This document shows positions 38,554 to 48,445 of a DNA stretch of 64,000 nucleotides, piece by piece. A model generated the notes under the pieces. That model was not told the DNA's origin, ran no database searches, and worked only from the letters and a program-made list of their open reading frames with translations. Every line of letters starts with the position of its first letter. Within the stretch, counting starts at the first letter, position 1. The DNA comes from a virus (lineage: Duplodnaviria > Caudoviricetes), in the IMG/VR virus record IMGVR_UViG_3300042542_006078. One strand, 5' to 3'. The translations under genes and the position numbers were made by a program.

Positions 38554-39723
38554 TCATTCGTATGAATTGCCAGTAGCAAAATCAACATGACGACAACGAA
38601 CACTCGCATCAACCAACAATCTAAATCCCTTCTCACGCAACTTCTGAGACAAAAAACTATCCTGCGTGAGATGAGCAGTTGTCACTGTCCAAGGATATTC
38701 TGTCTGAAGAAAACATTCAATAGGGAAAAGAGTGAAACCTTGAGCAATAGTGTAGACTTCATGCACACCGACATCATTCTTATTCAAAGTCAATGCCTGA
38801 CGCTTACCAGCAATAACTTGGATGTGAACACCTTCTGGATATGGGACTTTCTTCACATAATAACCACCCAAAACAGCTTTAGGATCACCAATTTCACGGT
38901 AACGAGCCAAAAGCCTTTGAAATCCATCAGTAGGTGGGAAAGTATCATCTTCAACAGTCAAAAGCATATCACAACCATCATTCAAGGCAGTCTGAATGGC
39001 ATCGTTATATGCATCTGCGGTTGTCCTTCCAAATACATTCAGGAACTTAACTTGAACTCCTGATGGAATGGTCAGATTCTCCAAAACAGGCAATCTCTCT
39101 GCCTTTTCACGAGTTGGTACAACAATCAAAATTTTAACATCGCCAACTTCTAAATACTTCTTTTCAACTTCCCTGATGTGGTCCAACTTTGGAGTTGCTG
39201 CAAGATTGATCTGTCTAAGTGCTTCACTGTTGCCAACGCCAACCCTGCCAGTTGCCTGAAGATCCTGCTGCGCTTGTCGTTCCAAACGAAGTTGCCAATA
39301 GTCTGGTTGTGCTGCATCAATTTCTTCTCGTGTGTACTTTTTGGGAAATCTTTGCCAAATCTTATAAAGAGCCTCGAATTCTCTTAAAGCGCCTAATACC
39401 GCTCTGTCCTGCTCCTCAAGATCGATCCTTTTCAAATCGGCATCAATTTGATCAATTTCGGTTGCCTTGTCTTCGAGTTCTTTTATTTGAATTTCAATTC
39501 TACGACGACCTAGTTTTGCTCTCCTTAAATTATCATATTTGATTTGCATTTCCAAAACGCATTGAGAATATGCAAGAGTATCATGATCGTGTTGACCAAC
39601 CACAAACTTATTTAGAACAAATTCTGTTCTAGGCATTTGAATTTCAAGAAAAGCAGATTCCATTTCTTTAACAAGCTTCATGACATTATCGACACGCTCA
39701 TCCATCAACTGAATCTCGTTCAT
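38554..39723 (-). CDS. Coiled-coil domain fused to a GT-A glycosyltransferase-like domain
   Basis: N-terminal helical region; C-terminal ILIVVPTRE, LTVEDD, TQDSFLSQKL...VDASVRCRHV. Confidence 0.7.
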   Translation of the reverse strand: MNEIQLMDERVDNVMKLVKEMESAFLEIQMPRTEFVLNKFVVGQHDHDTLAYSQCVLEMQIKYDNLRRAKLGRRRIEIQIKELEDKATEIDQIDADLKRIDLEEQDRAVLGALREFEALYKIWQRFPKKYTREEIDAAQPDYWQLRLERQAQQDLQATGRVGVGNSEALRQINLAATPKLDHIREVEKKYLEVGDVKILIVVPTREKAERLPVLENLTIPSGVQVKFLNVFGRTTADAYNDAIQTALNDGCDMLLTVEDDTFPPTDGFQRLLARYREIGDPKAVLGGYYVKKVPYPEGVHIQVIAGKRQALTLNKNDVGVHEVYTIAQGFTLFPIECFLQTEYPWTVTTAHLTQDSFLSQKLREKGFRLLVDASVRCRHVDFATGNSYE

Positions 39724-39736
39724 TTTTAAGCCTCAT

Positions 39737-39785
39737 TTGAAAAAATAAATCTATTACATTATAATGTTAACGACACCATTGTCAA
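39737..39785. promoter_or_regulatory. Overlapping divergent sigma70 promoters sharing a palindromic -10
   Basis: Plus: TTGAAA (39737-42)-17-TATAAT (39760-65). Minus: TTGACA (39785-80)-16-TATAAT (39763-58). Palindrome ACATTATAATGT at 39756-67. Confidence 0.75.
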
Positions 39786-39803
39786 AATAAATGAGAATCA
39801 ATT

Positions 39804-40457
39804 ATGCCGGGATCATGGGAACTTATCAACCAGAATCGTGTCCTGTGCTGTATTTTAACAAGAGAATATGCCCCAGTTGCATGGGCTTTCGGACTCAGAA
39901 ACCTACAAATTCCCGGTGCAGTCACAGCACTCCAAGGAATGCCATATGACCATGCACGAAATACAGGATGCCTAAAACTACTCGAACTCGGCTGGGAATG
40001 GCTATTCTTCCTTGACGATGATGTGATTCCTCCTCCTGATGCAATCATAAAACTAATGTCTCACAAGAAACCAATCGTAAGTGGCTTGTACTACAGAAGA
40101 TACGAACCACTTGCCCCTGTAATGTTAAGAGATTCAGAAAATGGTCCTCAATGGATTCAAGAATTTAATGCTCCTGACCTTTTAGAAGTCGATTATGTAG
40201 GAGCAGGATGTCTTCTCATACATCGTGATGTTATCAAACAATTACCACCTCTAAGTAATCGTTGTCAATGGTTTGAGTGGCGATGCGATAGAACTGATCT
40301 TCCCCATCTTGAAAAAACAAGCGAAGACTTTACTTTCTGCAAACATGCCAGAAATCATGGATTCAAAATTTATGTTGATACCAGTGTGCAATGCCGACAT
40401 GCAGGATTGGGACAAAGTGAAATTGGCGGATTCAAACCATTGGAGATCAGAGCCTAA
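39804..40457 (+). CDS. GT-A fold glycosyltransferase (GT2-like)
   Basis: WLFFLDDD, VSGLY, VGAGCLLI, SEDFTFC, VDTSVQCRH. Confidence 0.85.
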   Translation: MPGSWELINQNRVLCCILTREYAPVAWAFGLRNLQIPGAVTALQGMPYDHARNTGCLKLLELGWEWLFFLDDDVIPPPDAIIKLMSHKKPIVSGLYYRRYEPLAPVMLRDSENGPQWIQEFNAPDLLEVDYVGAGCLLIHRDVIKQLPPLSNRCQWFEWRCDRTDLPHLEKTSEDFTFCKHARNHGFKIYVDTSVQCRHAGLGQSEIGGFKPLEIRA

Positions 40458-41515
40458 TGAAACTTATATACTTGCCAACGACTCCAATGAAAAAGTTAAA
40501 AATCTGTGTCATATCCAGCACAGTCCTACATTGCCCCCCAAAGGGATATTCGGGACTAGAAATGCTGGCTTGGCAAATAGCTGAAGGTCTTAAAGCCAAA
40601 GGTCATGAAGTAATGCTTGTTGCACCAAGAGGATCAACAAGTAGTTGTGAAATTCATGAAACAACACAATATGAACCAGAAGGACAAGCCTACAGCGGTT
40701 ATTGGAACAAACTACCAAGCTTTGATGTGATCATCGATCATAGTTGGGAAAAATGGAGCTACATCCTGAAAATGGAAGGTAAGCTTCCACAACCAATCCT
40801 TGGAGTTCTACACGCTCCTGTAGACACTATGTACAGCACAGCGCCATCAGTCCCATTCCCATGCTTCGTGTGCATCAGCAAGGACCAATCAGATGGCTGC
40901 TCCGCACATCTGAAAGTCGCATCCCGTGTCGCTTATAACGGCGTTGATGTTAATTTCTATAAAAACACAGGATTGAAAAGGAATGATCGCTATTTATTCC
41001 TTGCCAGAATAAGCACAATCAAAGGTCCACATATTGCCGTTGATGTGGCCAATACTTGCAAAATTGGATTGGATCTAGTCGGAGATGACAAAATCACAGG
41101 AGAACCCGATCTTCTCAACAGCATTAAGACCAAATGCTCTTTATCGCCCAATCTTAGGTATGTAGGGCATCAGAACCGTGATGAGTGCAGTGTATGGTTC
41201 AATACAAATAAAGCCCTCCTGCACCCCAATAAACACTTCCGTGAGCCATTTGGACTTGCTCCAGTTGAAGCTCAACTATGTGGTATGCCTGTAATCGCAT
41301 GGAATCATGGTGCCTGCAAAGAAACAATCAAGCATGGCGAGACAGGATTCCTTGTCAATAGTCAAGAAGAAATGGAACAACTTATCAAAGATGATGCTGT
41401 TTCAACAATTAAATCAGAAAACTGCATTGAATGGGCAAATCAGTTTTCTTACGACAACATGATTAAAAGATATGAAGATCTTTGTTTTGAATCAATAGAC
41501 ACAGGTGGCTGGTGA
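40457..41515 (+). CDS. GT-B glycosyltransferase (GT4-like)
   Basis: PPKGYSGLE, YNGVD, LFLARI..KG, EPFGLAPVEAQLCGMPVI. Confidence 0.9.
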   Translation: MKLIYLPTTPMKKLKICVISSTVLHCPPKGYSGLEMLAWQIAEGLKAKGHEVMLVAPRGSTSSCEIHETTQYEPEGQAYSGYWNKLPSFDVIIDHSWEKWSYILKMEGKLPQPILGVLHAPVDTMYSTAPSVPFPCFVCISKDQSDGCSAHLKVASRVAYNGVDVNFYKNTGLKRNDRYLFLARISTIKGPHIAVDVANTCKIGLDLVGDDKITGEPDLLNSIKTKCSLSPNLRYVGHQNRDECSVWFNTNKALLHPNKHFREPFGLAPVEAQLCGMPVIAWNHGACKETIKHGETGFLVNSQEEMEQLIKDDAVSTIKSENCIEWANQFSYDNMIKRYEDLCFESIDTGGW

Positions 41516-42216
41516 AAATACATATTTCTTATGCTTACGGCTGTCCTGACGAAACAATTCTTCGTGAATTGATGAGCTATGACATTCAATGCCCAGAATG
41601 TACAATTTTAGAGCCACATGAAAATGCTCCACTAAACTTTGAGGTTCCAACTAGCTTTACAAGTTTGCACTGGAGTAGACAATACGAATATCCTTGGGCA
41701 ATTATGCATAGTAATTTGAAACCAAGCGATGTTTGCCTTGATGCTGGAGGAGCATATGCTGTTTTCAAATATGCAGTTGCCAAAAGATGCGCCAAAGTAG
41801 TCACGATTGACATGAATCAAGACTATCTTGATAAATCTATAAAATCAGCAGAAAGACTTGGCTTCAAAAACATTGAGTTTTATAATTCTAAAATTCAAAA
41901 TTATAAAAGTGAAGAAAAATTTGATAAAATATATTGTATGTCTGTTCTAGAACATATACCGAGTAGTAGTGAAAGAATTGAATGTATTGAAAACATGATA
42001 GGAATGTTGAAGAAGGATGGAGAGCTTTATTTAACTTTTGATTTTATTATAGAAGAAGGTGAAAATCAGTTTGATTTTTACATGAGAAAAAATGAGGCAG
42101 CAGAAATATTAAATTATTTTGGTGTGCCTGAATATAATAACGAAAAATATTATTCTGCAAGTTTTCCCGGTGGTTGTGTTCTTGCCACAATATGTTTGAA
42201 AGTGTGGGATTTGTGA
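41512..42216 (+). CDS. Class I SAM methyltransferase
   Basis: SRQYEYPWA, LDAGGA, FDKIYCMSVLEH, LKKDGELYLT. Confidence 0.85.
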   Translation: MKIHISYAYGCPDETILRELMSYDIQCPECTILEPHENAPLNFEVPTSFTSLHWSRQYEYPWAIMHSNLKPSDVCLDAGGAYAVFKYAVAKRCAKVVTIDMNQDYLDKSIKSAERLGFKNIEFYNSKIQNYKSEEKFDKIYCMSVLEHIPSSSERIECIENMIGMLKKDGELYLTFDFIIEEGENQFDFYMRKNEAAEILNYFGVPEYNNEKYYSASFPGGCVLATICLKVWDL

Positions 42217-42872
42217 AAATACCTGACCATATTATTCAAGAATATAAAAATTTTGATCCAGAATCGGGATTATTTTTTGCTGATTTTGATGAACCAAAAG
42301 GCTCGAAAATACTTGAAATTGGATCTCAACACAGTCCTCTTGCCAGTATGATGGCTAAATGTGGGTTTCATGTCACAGGCATTGATCTAAGAGATTCTGA
42401 TCAAGAATTAAACTATAATCACATTACTGCTGATTTCTGTCGATTGCCATCTTACTTCCTTCGTGAAAACATAGGAACTTTCGATGCTGCTGTTATTGTC
42501 TCTGCCATTGAACATTTTGGTTTGAATACTTATGGAGAAGGCAGGAAGCATGAATATTACGATGTTATTGCCATGCGATATATTTATGATTTATTGAAAC
42601 CGGGTGGAACTTGTTATTTGACAACACCTTTTGGTGGTAAATTTGTAGAACACAAGCCTCATTGGCGTGTTTATGATTGGGCAAATCTACTTGAAAGAAT
42701 TGTTCAAGATTTTAGCACAGAAGTATTCAATCTTGGTGTTTGCGAAGAAATAACAATCAACGGTAAGGTTTTTTCTGTTGGAAGCCCAATATCAATGAAT
42801 GAGGCTATACTGAATACAATTGGATTGCCTCATGTTTCTTGCTATGTAAGATTAAGAAAACCATTGGATTAA
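42213..42872 (+). CDS. Class I SAM methyltransferase
   Basis: GTG start at the GTGA overlap; ILEIGS, TGIDL, SAIEHFGL..YG, LKPGG..YLTTP. Confidence 0.85.
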   Translation: MKIPDHIIQEYKNFDPESGLFFADFDEPKGSKILEIGSQHSPLASMMAKCGFHVTGIDLRDSDQELNYNHITADFCRLPSYFLRENIGTFDAAVIVSAIEHFGLNTYGEGRKHEYYDVIAMRYIYDLLKPGGTCYLTTPFGGKFVEHKPHWRVYDWANLLERIVQDFSTEVFNLGVCEEITINGKVFSVGSPISMNEAILNTIGLPHVSCYVRLRKPLD

Positions 42873-42875
42873 ATC

Positions 42876-43883
42876 ATGTTTTTATTTGTAACAAATGATA
42901 AAATCGGGTCAGAAACAGGAGGAGGTCAAGTAACCGCACATGAATTTGAAGCGTTAAATCAACTTGGTCCAGTTGATGTCATCAATCCTGCACCAACCAA
43001 TAATCCTTTTGATTCAGAAAAGGCAATCCAAGAAATTGATTTCAGCAAATATAAACTTGCACACTTCTATGCTGGCACATTCCCAGAACTAACCACCAAA
43101 TTAAAAGCAAATGGCGTAAAAATAACTTATACTGTAGCTGCTCACGATGTTGACATCAGCAGAGAAGAATTTTTAGGTTTAGGTTCTGCTTTTGACTTTC
43201 CACACTTAAATGATCCAAATTTATTTCAAAAATACATAAGCTGCTACAAGAATGCTGATTTTGTAATATGTCCATCATCAGTTGCAGAAAAAACCAATAA
43301 TAAATACGGAATCAATAATACAAAAATAATTCCACACGGTCATGTCCCTGTTAGAAACAAGAAGCATCCAAAGAGGTTTACAGTTGGATATCTTGGTCAG
43401 TGTGGACCTGATAAGGGATTGCGATATTTGTTAGAAGCTTGGTCTATTCTAAACTACAAAGATGCAATATTGAATCTTGCTGGAAGTCAGACTCCCGGTT
43501 TATTGCCATTGATTAGACATTTCGGCAAAGGCAACATCAACATTCAAGGCTGGGTTAAATCTACGGAAGATTTTTACAATAGTTGCTCTGTTTATGTTCA
43601 GCCAAGCGCAACAGAAGGATTTGGCATTGAAGTTCTTGAGGCTATGAGTTCTGGTAGGCCTGTTGTTGTTTCTAATGGCGCTGGAGCATCTGACTGTGTT
43701 GAAGATTGTGGTTTTGTATTTGAGAAGAAAAATGCTAGACAACTTGCACAAATGATCGACAAATTAAAAAACAATTCAAATCTTTGTGAAGATTTTGGCA
43801 GAAAAGCAGAATTAAAAGCGAAAAATTACACTTGGGATAAGATTAAAGAACAATACATCCAATTGTGGCGGAGTATGATATGA
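42876..43883 (+). CDS. GT-B glycosyltransferase (GT4-like)
   Basis: VGYLGQ..PDKG, VQPSATEGFGIEVLEAMSSGRPVVVS. Confidence 0.9.
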   Translation: MFLFVTNDKIGSETGGGQVTAHEFEALNQLGPVDVINPAPTNNPFDSEKAIQEIDFSKYKLAHFYAGTFPELTTKLKANGVKITYTVAAHDVDISREEFLGLGSAFDFPHLNDPNLFQKYISCYKNADFVICPSSVAEKTNNKYGINNTKIIPHGHVPVRNKKHPKRFTVGYLGQCGPDKGLRYLLEAWSILNYKDAILNLAGSQTPGLLPLIRHFGKGNINIQGWVKSTEDFYNSCSVYVQPSATEGFGIEVLEAMSSGRPVVVSNGAGASDCVEDCGFVFEKKNARQLAQMIDKLKNNSNLCEDFGRKAELKAKNYTWDKIKEQYIQLWRSMI

Positions 43884-45448
43884 GTTATTCATTTCCATTT
43901 AGTCAAACCGACAAGGTAATTGAATTGGGAGGAGGAGATAGACCATATTTCCGTCCAAATCTCGATGTCCGCTCAGGAACAAGCATTGATATAGTTGCTG
44001 ATTTTAATGAACCATTGCCAATACCAGACAATGAATACAATGGTGTATTCAGTCAATTTTGCATTGAGCATCTTTCTTGGCGCAAGGTAAAACTATTCAT
44101 CAGTGAAGTTTATCGTATTCTTAAAAACAATGGTAAAGTTGTTTTCATTACAGCCAACACTGAAAAACAAATGCAATATGTTCTTAATCACGATGAGTGG
44201 GACGACAACTGTTCTTGTATTATTTTTGGTGATCAAGATTATCCAGAAAACACTCATCGCAATAGTTTTAGTCCCAAATATGCAATTAAGTTAATGAATG
44301 ATGCTGGATTCACCAATGTTATTGTTTTGCCATTTGGGGAATTAGAGACAGATATGATTATTGAAGCCACTAAATCCACCAACAAAATTAATTTTGACAG
44401 AGAGTATTTTGACAATCCTCATTTCTATGGTGAGAATACTGGATTCTATCGTGATCATCCAACTAATTGGATTGTCTTCAATACTCTCATGCAAGATTAT
44501 CCTTCATCCGTTCTTGAGCTAGGATGCGGTCGTGGCTATTTACTCAAAAGATTTGAATCAAATGGAATTCCGGCAGTTGGATTAGAAATCTCTGATCATT
44601 GTTTTTTAACAAGAGTCACTAATTCTGTTCAAAAATTCGATATTAGAAAAACTCCTTGGCCATTTGAGGACAAGCAATTCGATTTGTGTTTTTCTCAAGG
44701 TGTCCTTGACTACTTAAATCCTGATATTATTCCACAAGTATTAAAAGAAGCAAATCGTGTGTGCAAGAGAGGCATACATTCAGTTGACACAAATAAGTTA
44801 AAGTTGAATTGGGAAAACCAATATTTTCTAGGAAATGATAAAATAGTTGATGGTTCTTTGCCTTTTGCCGTTCCCTCTGGTAATGGCAAGCTTAAATTGA
44901 ATATTGGTAGCTTTACAGTCATGTTGCACAATGGCTGGATCAATACGGATGTGATTGATTTAAGCTCTTATGCTATGGTAAATCAATATAAATTTTTGCA
45001 TATGGATAGTAGAAAAGTTTTCCCTTTTGAATCAAAAACAGTTGATTTAATTGTTTCAAGTCATATGTTAGAACATATTGATTGGAATGAAGGATTAAAT
45101 TTCCTAAGAGAATGTTATCGTGTTATGAAGGTTGGGGCAGTAATGCGTATTGCTGTTCCTGATTTGGCTACAATGGTTGTGAAATATCTAAATGGCAACC
45201 TTCATAAACTTGATGAAATCAACTTGAATGCAGCTTCTAACGATCAGCAGTCATTCAAATTTTGGTCATATTTGTTTGATAATCATAAAATTGCTTATGA
45301 CATTAACAGTTTGACCAAAATTGGAAACTTGGCTGGATTTCAAGTTGAAAGAAAAGGATTTAATGAAGGTCATCCAGAAATTATAAGGGAGACAATGGAT
45401 TATCTCCCTGAGATTAGCATATATGTTGAAATGACCAAATCAGTCTAA
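43880..45448 (+). CDS. Protein with three tandem SAM methyltransferase domains
   Basis: Three motif I copies (IELGGG, VLELGCGRG, LNIGSF); domains 1 and 3 carry the [CM][IL]EH motif (FCIEHL, HMLEH); start at the ATGA overlap, 43880. Confidence 0.8.
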   Translation: MSYSFPFSQTDKVIELGGGDRPYFRPNLDVRSGTSIDIVADFNEPLPIPDNEYNGVFSQFCIEHLSWRKVKLFISEVYRILKNNGKVVFITANTEKQMQYVLNHDEWDDNCSCIIFGDQDYPENTHRNSFSPKYAIKLMNDAGFTNVIVLPFGELETDMIIEATKSTNKINFDREYFDNPHFYGENTGFYRDHPTNWIVFNTLMQDYPSSVLELGCGRGYLLKRFESNGIPAVGLEISDHCFLTRVTNSVQKFDIRKTPWPFEDKQFDLCFSQGVLDYLNPDIIPQVLKEANRVCKRGIHSVDTNKLKLNWENQYFLGNDKIVDGSLPFAVPSGNGKLKLNIGSFTVMLHNGWINTDVIDLSSYAMVNQYKFLHMDSRKVFPFESKTVDLIVSSHMLEHIDWNEGLNFLRECYRVMKVGAVMRIAVPDLATMVVKYLNGNLHKLDEINLNAASNDQQSFKFWSYLFDNHKIAYDINSLTKIGNLAGFQVERKGFNEGHPEIIRETMDYLPEISIYVEMTKSV

Positions 45449-45763
45449 AATACCTTGAGCTTTTCCGACATTTCCAAGAACTTCAACAGCACCCCACACC
45501 GCTGATGCCGTATCGGGATTGCTTATCATATATGTGAATAAATCACGCATATGCAATCTTCTTATTTCTGTTGGGTGAAACTCAGGAGTTCCATCTTCTT
45601 TCAAATAGCACAATCTGTAATCAACAACTAGGATTGGCTCTGGACTTGCAGTTAAAGTTGCATCTAGAGACAAATTCTCAACCCACCAAACATTATATGT
45701 TTTTTGTTCAGAAGCTGGAGTAACGATTGGATTTTCTTTTGTAATTGGCATTTTACCCTCCAT
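45440..45763 (-). CDS. Hypothetical protein
   Basis: 107-aa ORF preceded by ATAAATA. Confidence 0.55.
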   Translation of the reverse strand: MEGKMPITKENPIVTPASEQKTYNVWWVENLSLDATLTASPEPILVVDYRLCYLKEDGTPEFHPTEIRRLHMRDLFTYMISNPDTASAVWGAVEVLGNVGKAQGILD

Positions 45764-45853
45764 TTTATTTATCGTGAAATTTCTATTTTATTTTTCATTC
45801 CTTCATCATATCCATAATAATAACAAAAAAAGGTAATTTTCTAAATAGCCACA

Positions 45854-46159
45854 TCATAAGTTTCTCACATATTGCTCGAATTTATAAAAGTCGCCAACTA
45901 TTCTGCTTATTCTCGAATCCTTGTCTTTTTCAATTAATTCTTTACTTGGCAAATTGTCGCCAATATCCTTGACAAACTTTTCAAGTCCAACCATGTAATT
46001 CCACATCCAATACTTCCTGTTACGCAATCTCTTCTCAACATCTTTCAAATATGTCTTCCATGGATATTTCCATTTTTTGAACATAACAATATATCTCTCG
46101 GCCATAAGCCTGATTTGCTCATCATAAAATTCAGGCTCAAAATCAGGCGAGTCTAACAT
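45854..46159 (-). CDS. Hypothetical protein
   Basis: 101-aa ORF coupled to the helicase stop (TAATG). Confidence 0.55.
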   Translation of the reverse strand: MLDSPDFEPEFYDEQIRLMAERYIVMFKKWKYPWKTYLKDVEKRLRNRKYWMWNYMVGLEKFVKDIGDNLPSKELIEKDKDSRISRIVGDFYKFEQYVRNL

Positions 46160-47604
46160 TAAAAATCAATCTCCTTAATTTCCAAGTCGTGGCCTTCTTT
46201 CTTTAATATTTCAATTCTTTTCTTGCTATGATCTTCAAGATAATCGTTAATTTCAAAAAGAAAGTCAAAATAATTCAGCCTTTCCTTGTCATCTGCTGTT
46301 CTGAGTCCACGACCCATTCTTTGAATAATCATGTGATCTGCTTGTCCGCCAGCAGCATTTATCAAATTCTGAGGATGCACATTGATACCTGTATTGAAGA
46401 TTTGCTGTGTTGCAATCGCAATCAAATCTCCTTTTGCTTTCTGCAACTCCTTAATGACACTCTTTCTTGTTTCCGCATTATCCTTGCCTTGAACCCAAAG
46501 ACTTCCCGGCAATAGATTATGTAATGCATCACCATGTGCAATGCGATCAACAAGAATCAAAGTCCTACCTTTTTGATTCTTGGCTAACCTTGTCACAACA
46601 TCATGAAAATAAAAACTTTCTGCAATTCCTCGGGTTACTGCATCAATGTAAATATCATGAGGAATATTAGGCTCACGAATTGGAAAAAAGACACATTTGC
46701 TGGCAGCAAGAATTCCTCTATCCTGAAGTTCAGAAGTAGTAAGAACTCCACCTTCCGCTGATTTAATCTTCAAAATTGGGCCAAAAAAGCCACGAACATA
46801 AAACTTCTGTACTGCATCTTTACCTCCAAATTTGAATGGAGTTGCCGAAACAGCAACACGAACATCGGCACCTTTCAAGCGACGATAAACAGCTTTTGGC
46901 AAAGTACTCATCATGTCGTGAATTTCATCGACAATAAGAACCTTGATTTTAGAAAGAGCCTTTTCCATTTTAGAAACTGATTGAACAGTCGCCACAGTAA
47001 TCATGTTGGGCTTTACACTTCCTCCCCATAAAGAACCTACATTGGGAAGTCCCCATTTCACAAACTCATCATAGTTTTGCTGCGCCAAAGAAGCCCTATT
47101 CTGCAAAATCAATGTGGGTGTATTGGGAGAAATAGTTTTCAATATGCCCAACATCACTAAAGACTTGCCTGCCGATGTCGGGGCATAAATAACACCACGA
47201 CGATGCTTGATGACTTGGTTGATCATCTCAACCTGATAATCATAAAGCTCTAGTGACTTGATTTTGTCTCCAACACTATTAGTATCAGGAAGCCATTGAT
47301 TCAAAAAATTCTTTTCAATTTCTTTGTAAGCAAAATTAGTTTTCGACCTCAAATCCTCAATCTCATATTCAGCATTAAAATGCTTGAGAACAGCACTAAC
47401 CTCCGGCAACAAGCCAGTTAAAAACTTACCTGTTTCAAGTACGAAAAAATTAATGAAACCGTCCCACTTTTTCATCTTGTAGGCACGGTTGTGAAAATAA
47501 TTTTTGTCACGAAATCTTAGCCTGTCCCAAAGCTCAGTTTTGAGCTTCATGTCTTCAGACAGGAAAAACGAATAATCATTGTTGATTCGGATTATGTTCG
47601 GCAT
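46159..47604 (-). CDS. SF2 helicase, UvsW-like
   Basis: APTSAGKS, IVDEIHD, SATP, TGIN, QRMGRGLR; likely start MPNII at 47604. Confidence 0.9.
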   Translation of the reverse strand: MPNIIRINNDYSFFLSEDMKLKTELWDRLRFRDKNYFHNRAYKMKKWDGFINFFVLETGKFLTGLLPEVSAVLKHFNAEYEIEDLRSKTNFAYKEIEKNFLNQWLPDTNSVGDKIKSLELYDYQVEMINQVIKHRRGVIYAPTSAGKSLVMLGILKTISPNTPTLILQNRASLAQQNYDEFVKWGLPNVGSLWGGSVKPNMITVATVQSVSKMEKALSKIKVLIVDEIHDMMSTLPKAVYRRLKGADVRVAVSATPFKFGGKDAVQKFYVRGFFGPILKIKSAEGGVLTTSELQDRGILAASKCVFFPIREPNIPHDIYIDAVTRGIAESFYFHDVVTRLAKNQKGRTLILVDRIAHGDALHNLLPGSLWVQGKDNAETRKSVIKELQKAKGDLIAIATQQIFNTGINVHPQNLINAAGGQADHMIIQRMGRGLRTADDKERLNYFDFLFEINDYLEDHSKKRIEILKKEGHDLEIKEIDF

Positions 47605-47713
47605 CTTTCTTTGGTTCCTGATTGACCTCAAAAGAGGATTTTACAGTCCTTTTCCTCAAACCCGACTTGGGGGCATAATTCTTTCTCTTCTTGGGCTTTT
47701 TACCGCAACACAT
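47576..47713 (-). CDS. Small basic protein (45 aa), not in the ORF track
   Basis: MCCGKKPKKRKNYAPKSGLRKRTVKSSFEVNQEPKKDAEHNPNQQ; fills the gap between exonuclease and helicase genes. Confidence 0.4.
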   Translation of the reverse strand: MCCGKKPKKRKNYAPKSGLRKRTVKSSFEVNQEPKKDAEHNPNQQ

Positions 47714-47716
47714 ATA

Positions 47717-48313
47717 CTATTTACACATCTTGTGTCGTAATAATTTCAACACAATCAAAGCATCATCATAAGCTGTGTGAGGCACTTCTCCATCTAAACC
47801 TGCCCTAACCATACATTTTTTCATGTCTGGTAACTTATCGTCATTTTCCATGTCAAAATAAAGAATCGCAGGATCAACCACACGATTCAAAAAGCAAACA
47901 TTACCCCAACTTTTGATCTTAGCCTTCAAGAAAGGTAAATCAAATGATGCCACATTCTTGCCAGCTACATTAACATATATCTTGCCACTTTTTTCTTGTT
48001 TGTAACCGTTTTTCAATAGAAAGCACTCAAACGAATTTGGCAAATCTTCCAAAGACATAAACCTAACACCAGACTGATTTTCCTCACAATTGTTTTTCAA
48101 AGAATAATCAATCTGCTTGAATAAATCCGAGTGCATACTCAAAGCAAATGGACTACCAGAATATGTGCTTTTAGTGAAAATAGCCTCAAACTTAGAAAGT
48201 TTTTCAAGTGGTTGAGGATTGCTCAGATCATCAATAATTGCTGCGAATTGTAGGATATCACAGCTTTCGTGATCAAAACCAGTTGTTTCAATGTCAATTG
48301 AACAGACGATCAT
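47717..48313 (-). CDS. DEDDh 3'-5' exonuclease
   Basis: IDIETTG, NVASFDLPFL, HTAYDDA. Confidence 0.88.
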   Translation of the reverse strand: MIVCSIDIETTGFDHESCDILQFAAIIDDLSNPQPLEKLSKFEAIFTKSTYSGSPFALSMHSDLFKQIDYSLKNNCEENQSGVRFMSLEDLPNSFECFLLKNGYKQEKSGKIYVNVAGKNVASFDLPFLKAKIKSWGNVCFLNRVVDPAILYFDMENDDKLPDMKKCMVRAGLDGEVPHTAYDDALIVLKLLRHKMCK

Positions 48314-48445
48314 ATAGCACCTTAGGTAAATTTGACTCACTTTCCACTAATGATTCAGTCTACTGCATTTAGGCGCAAAATTAAAACACCAATTCAAAAT
48401 GTTTTTCACAAGAAAGACTAAATAAAAGAGGAGAACAAACTCAAA

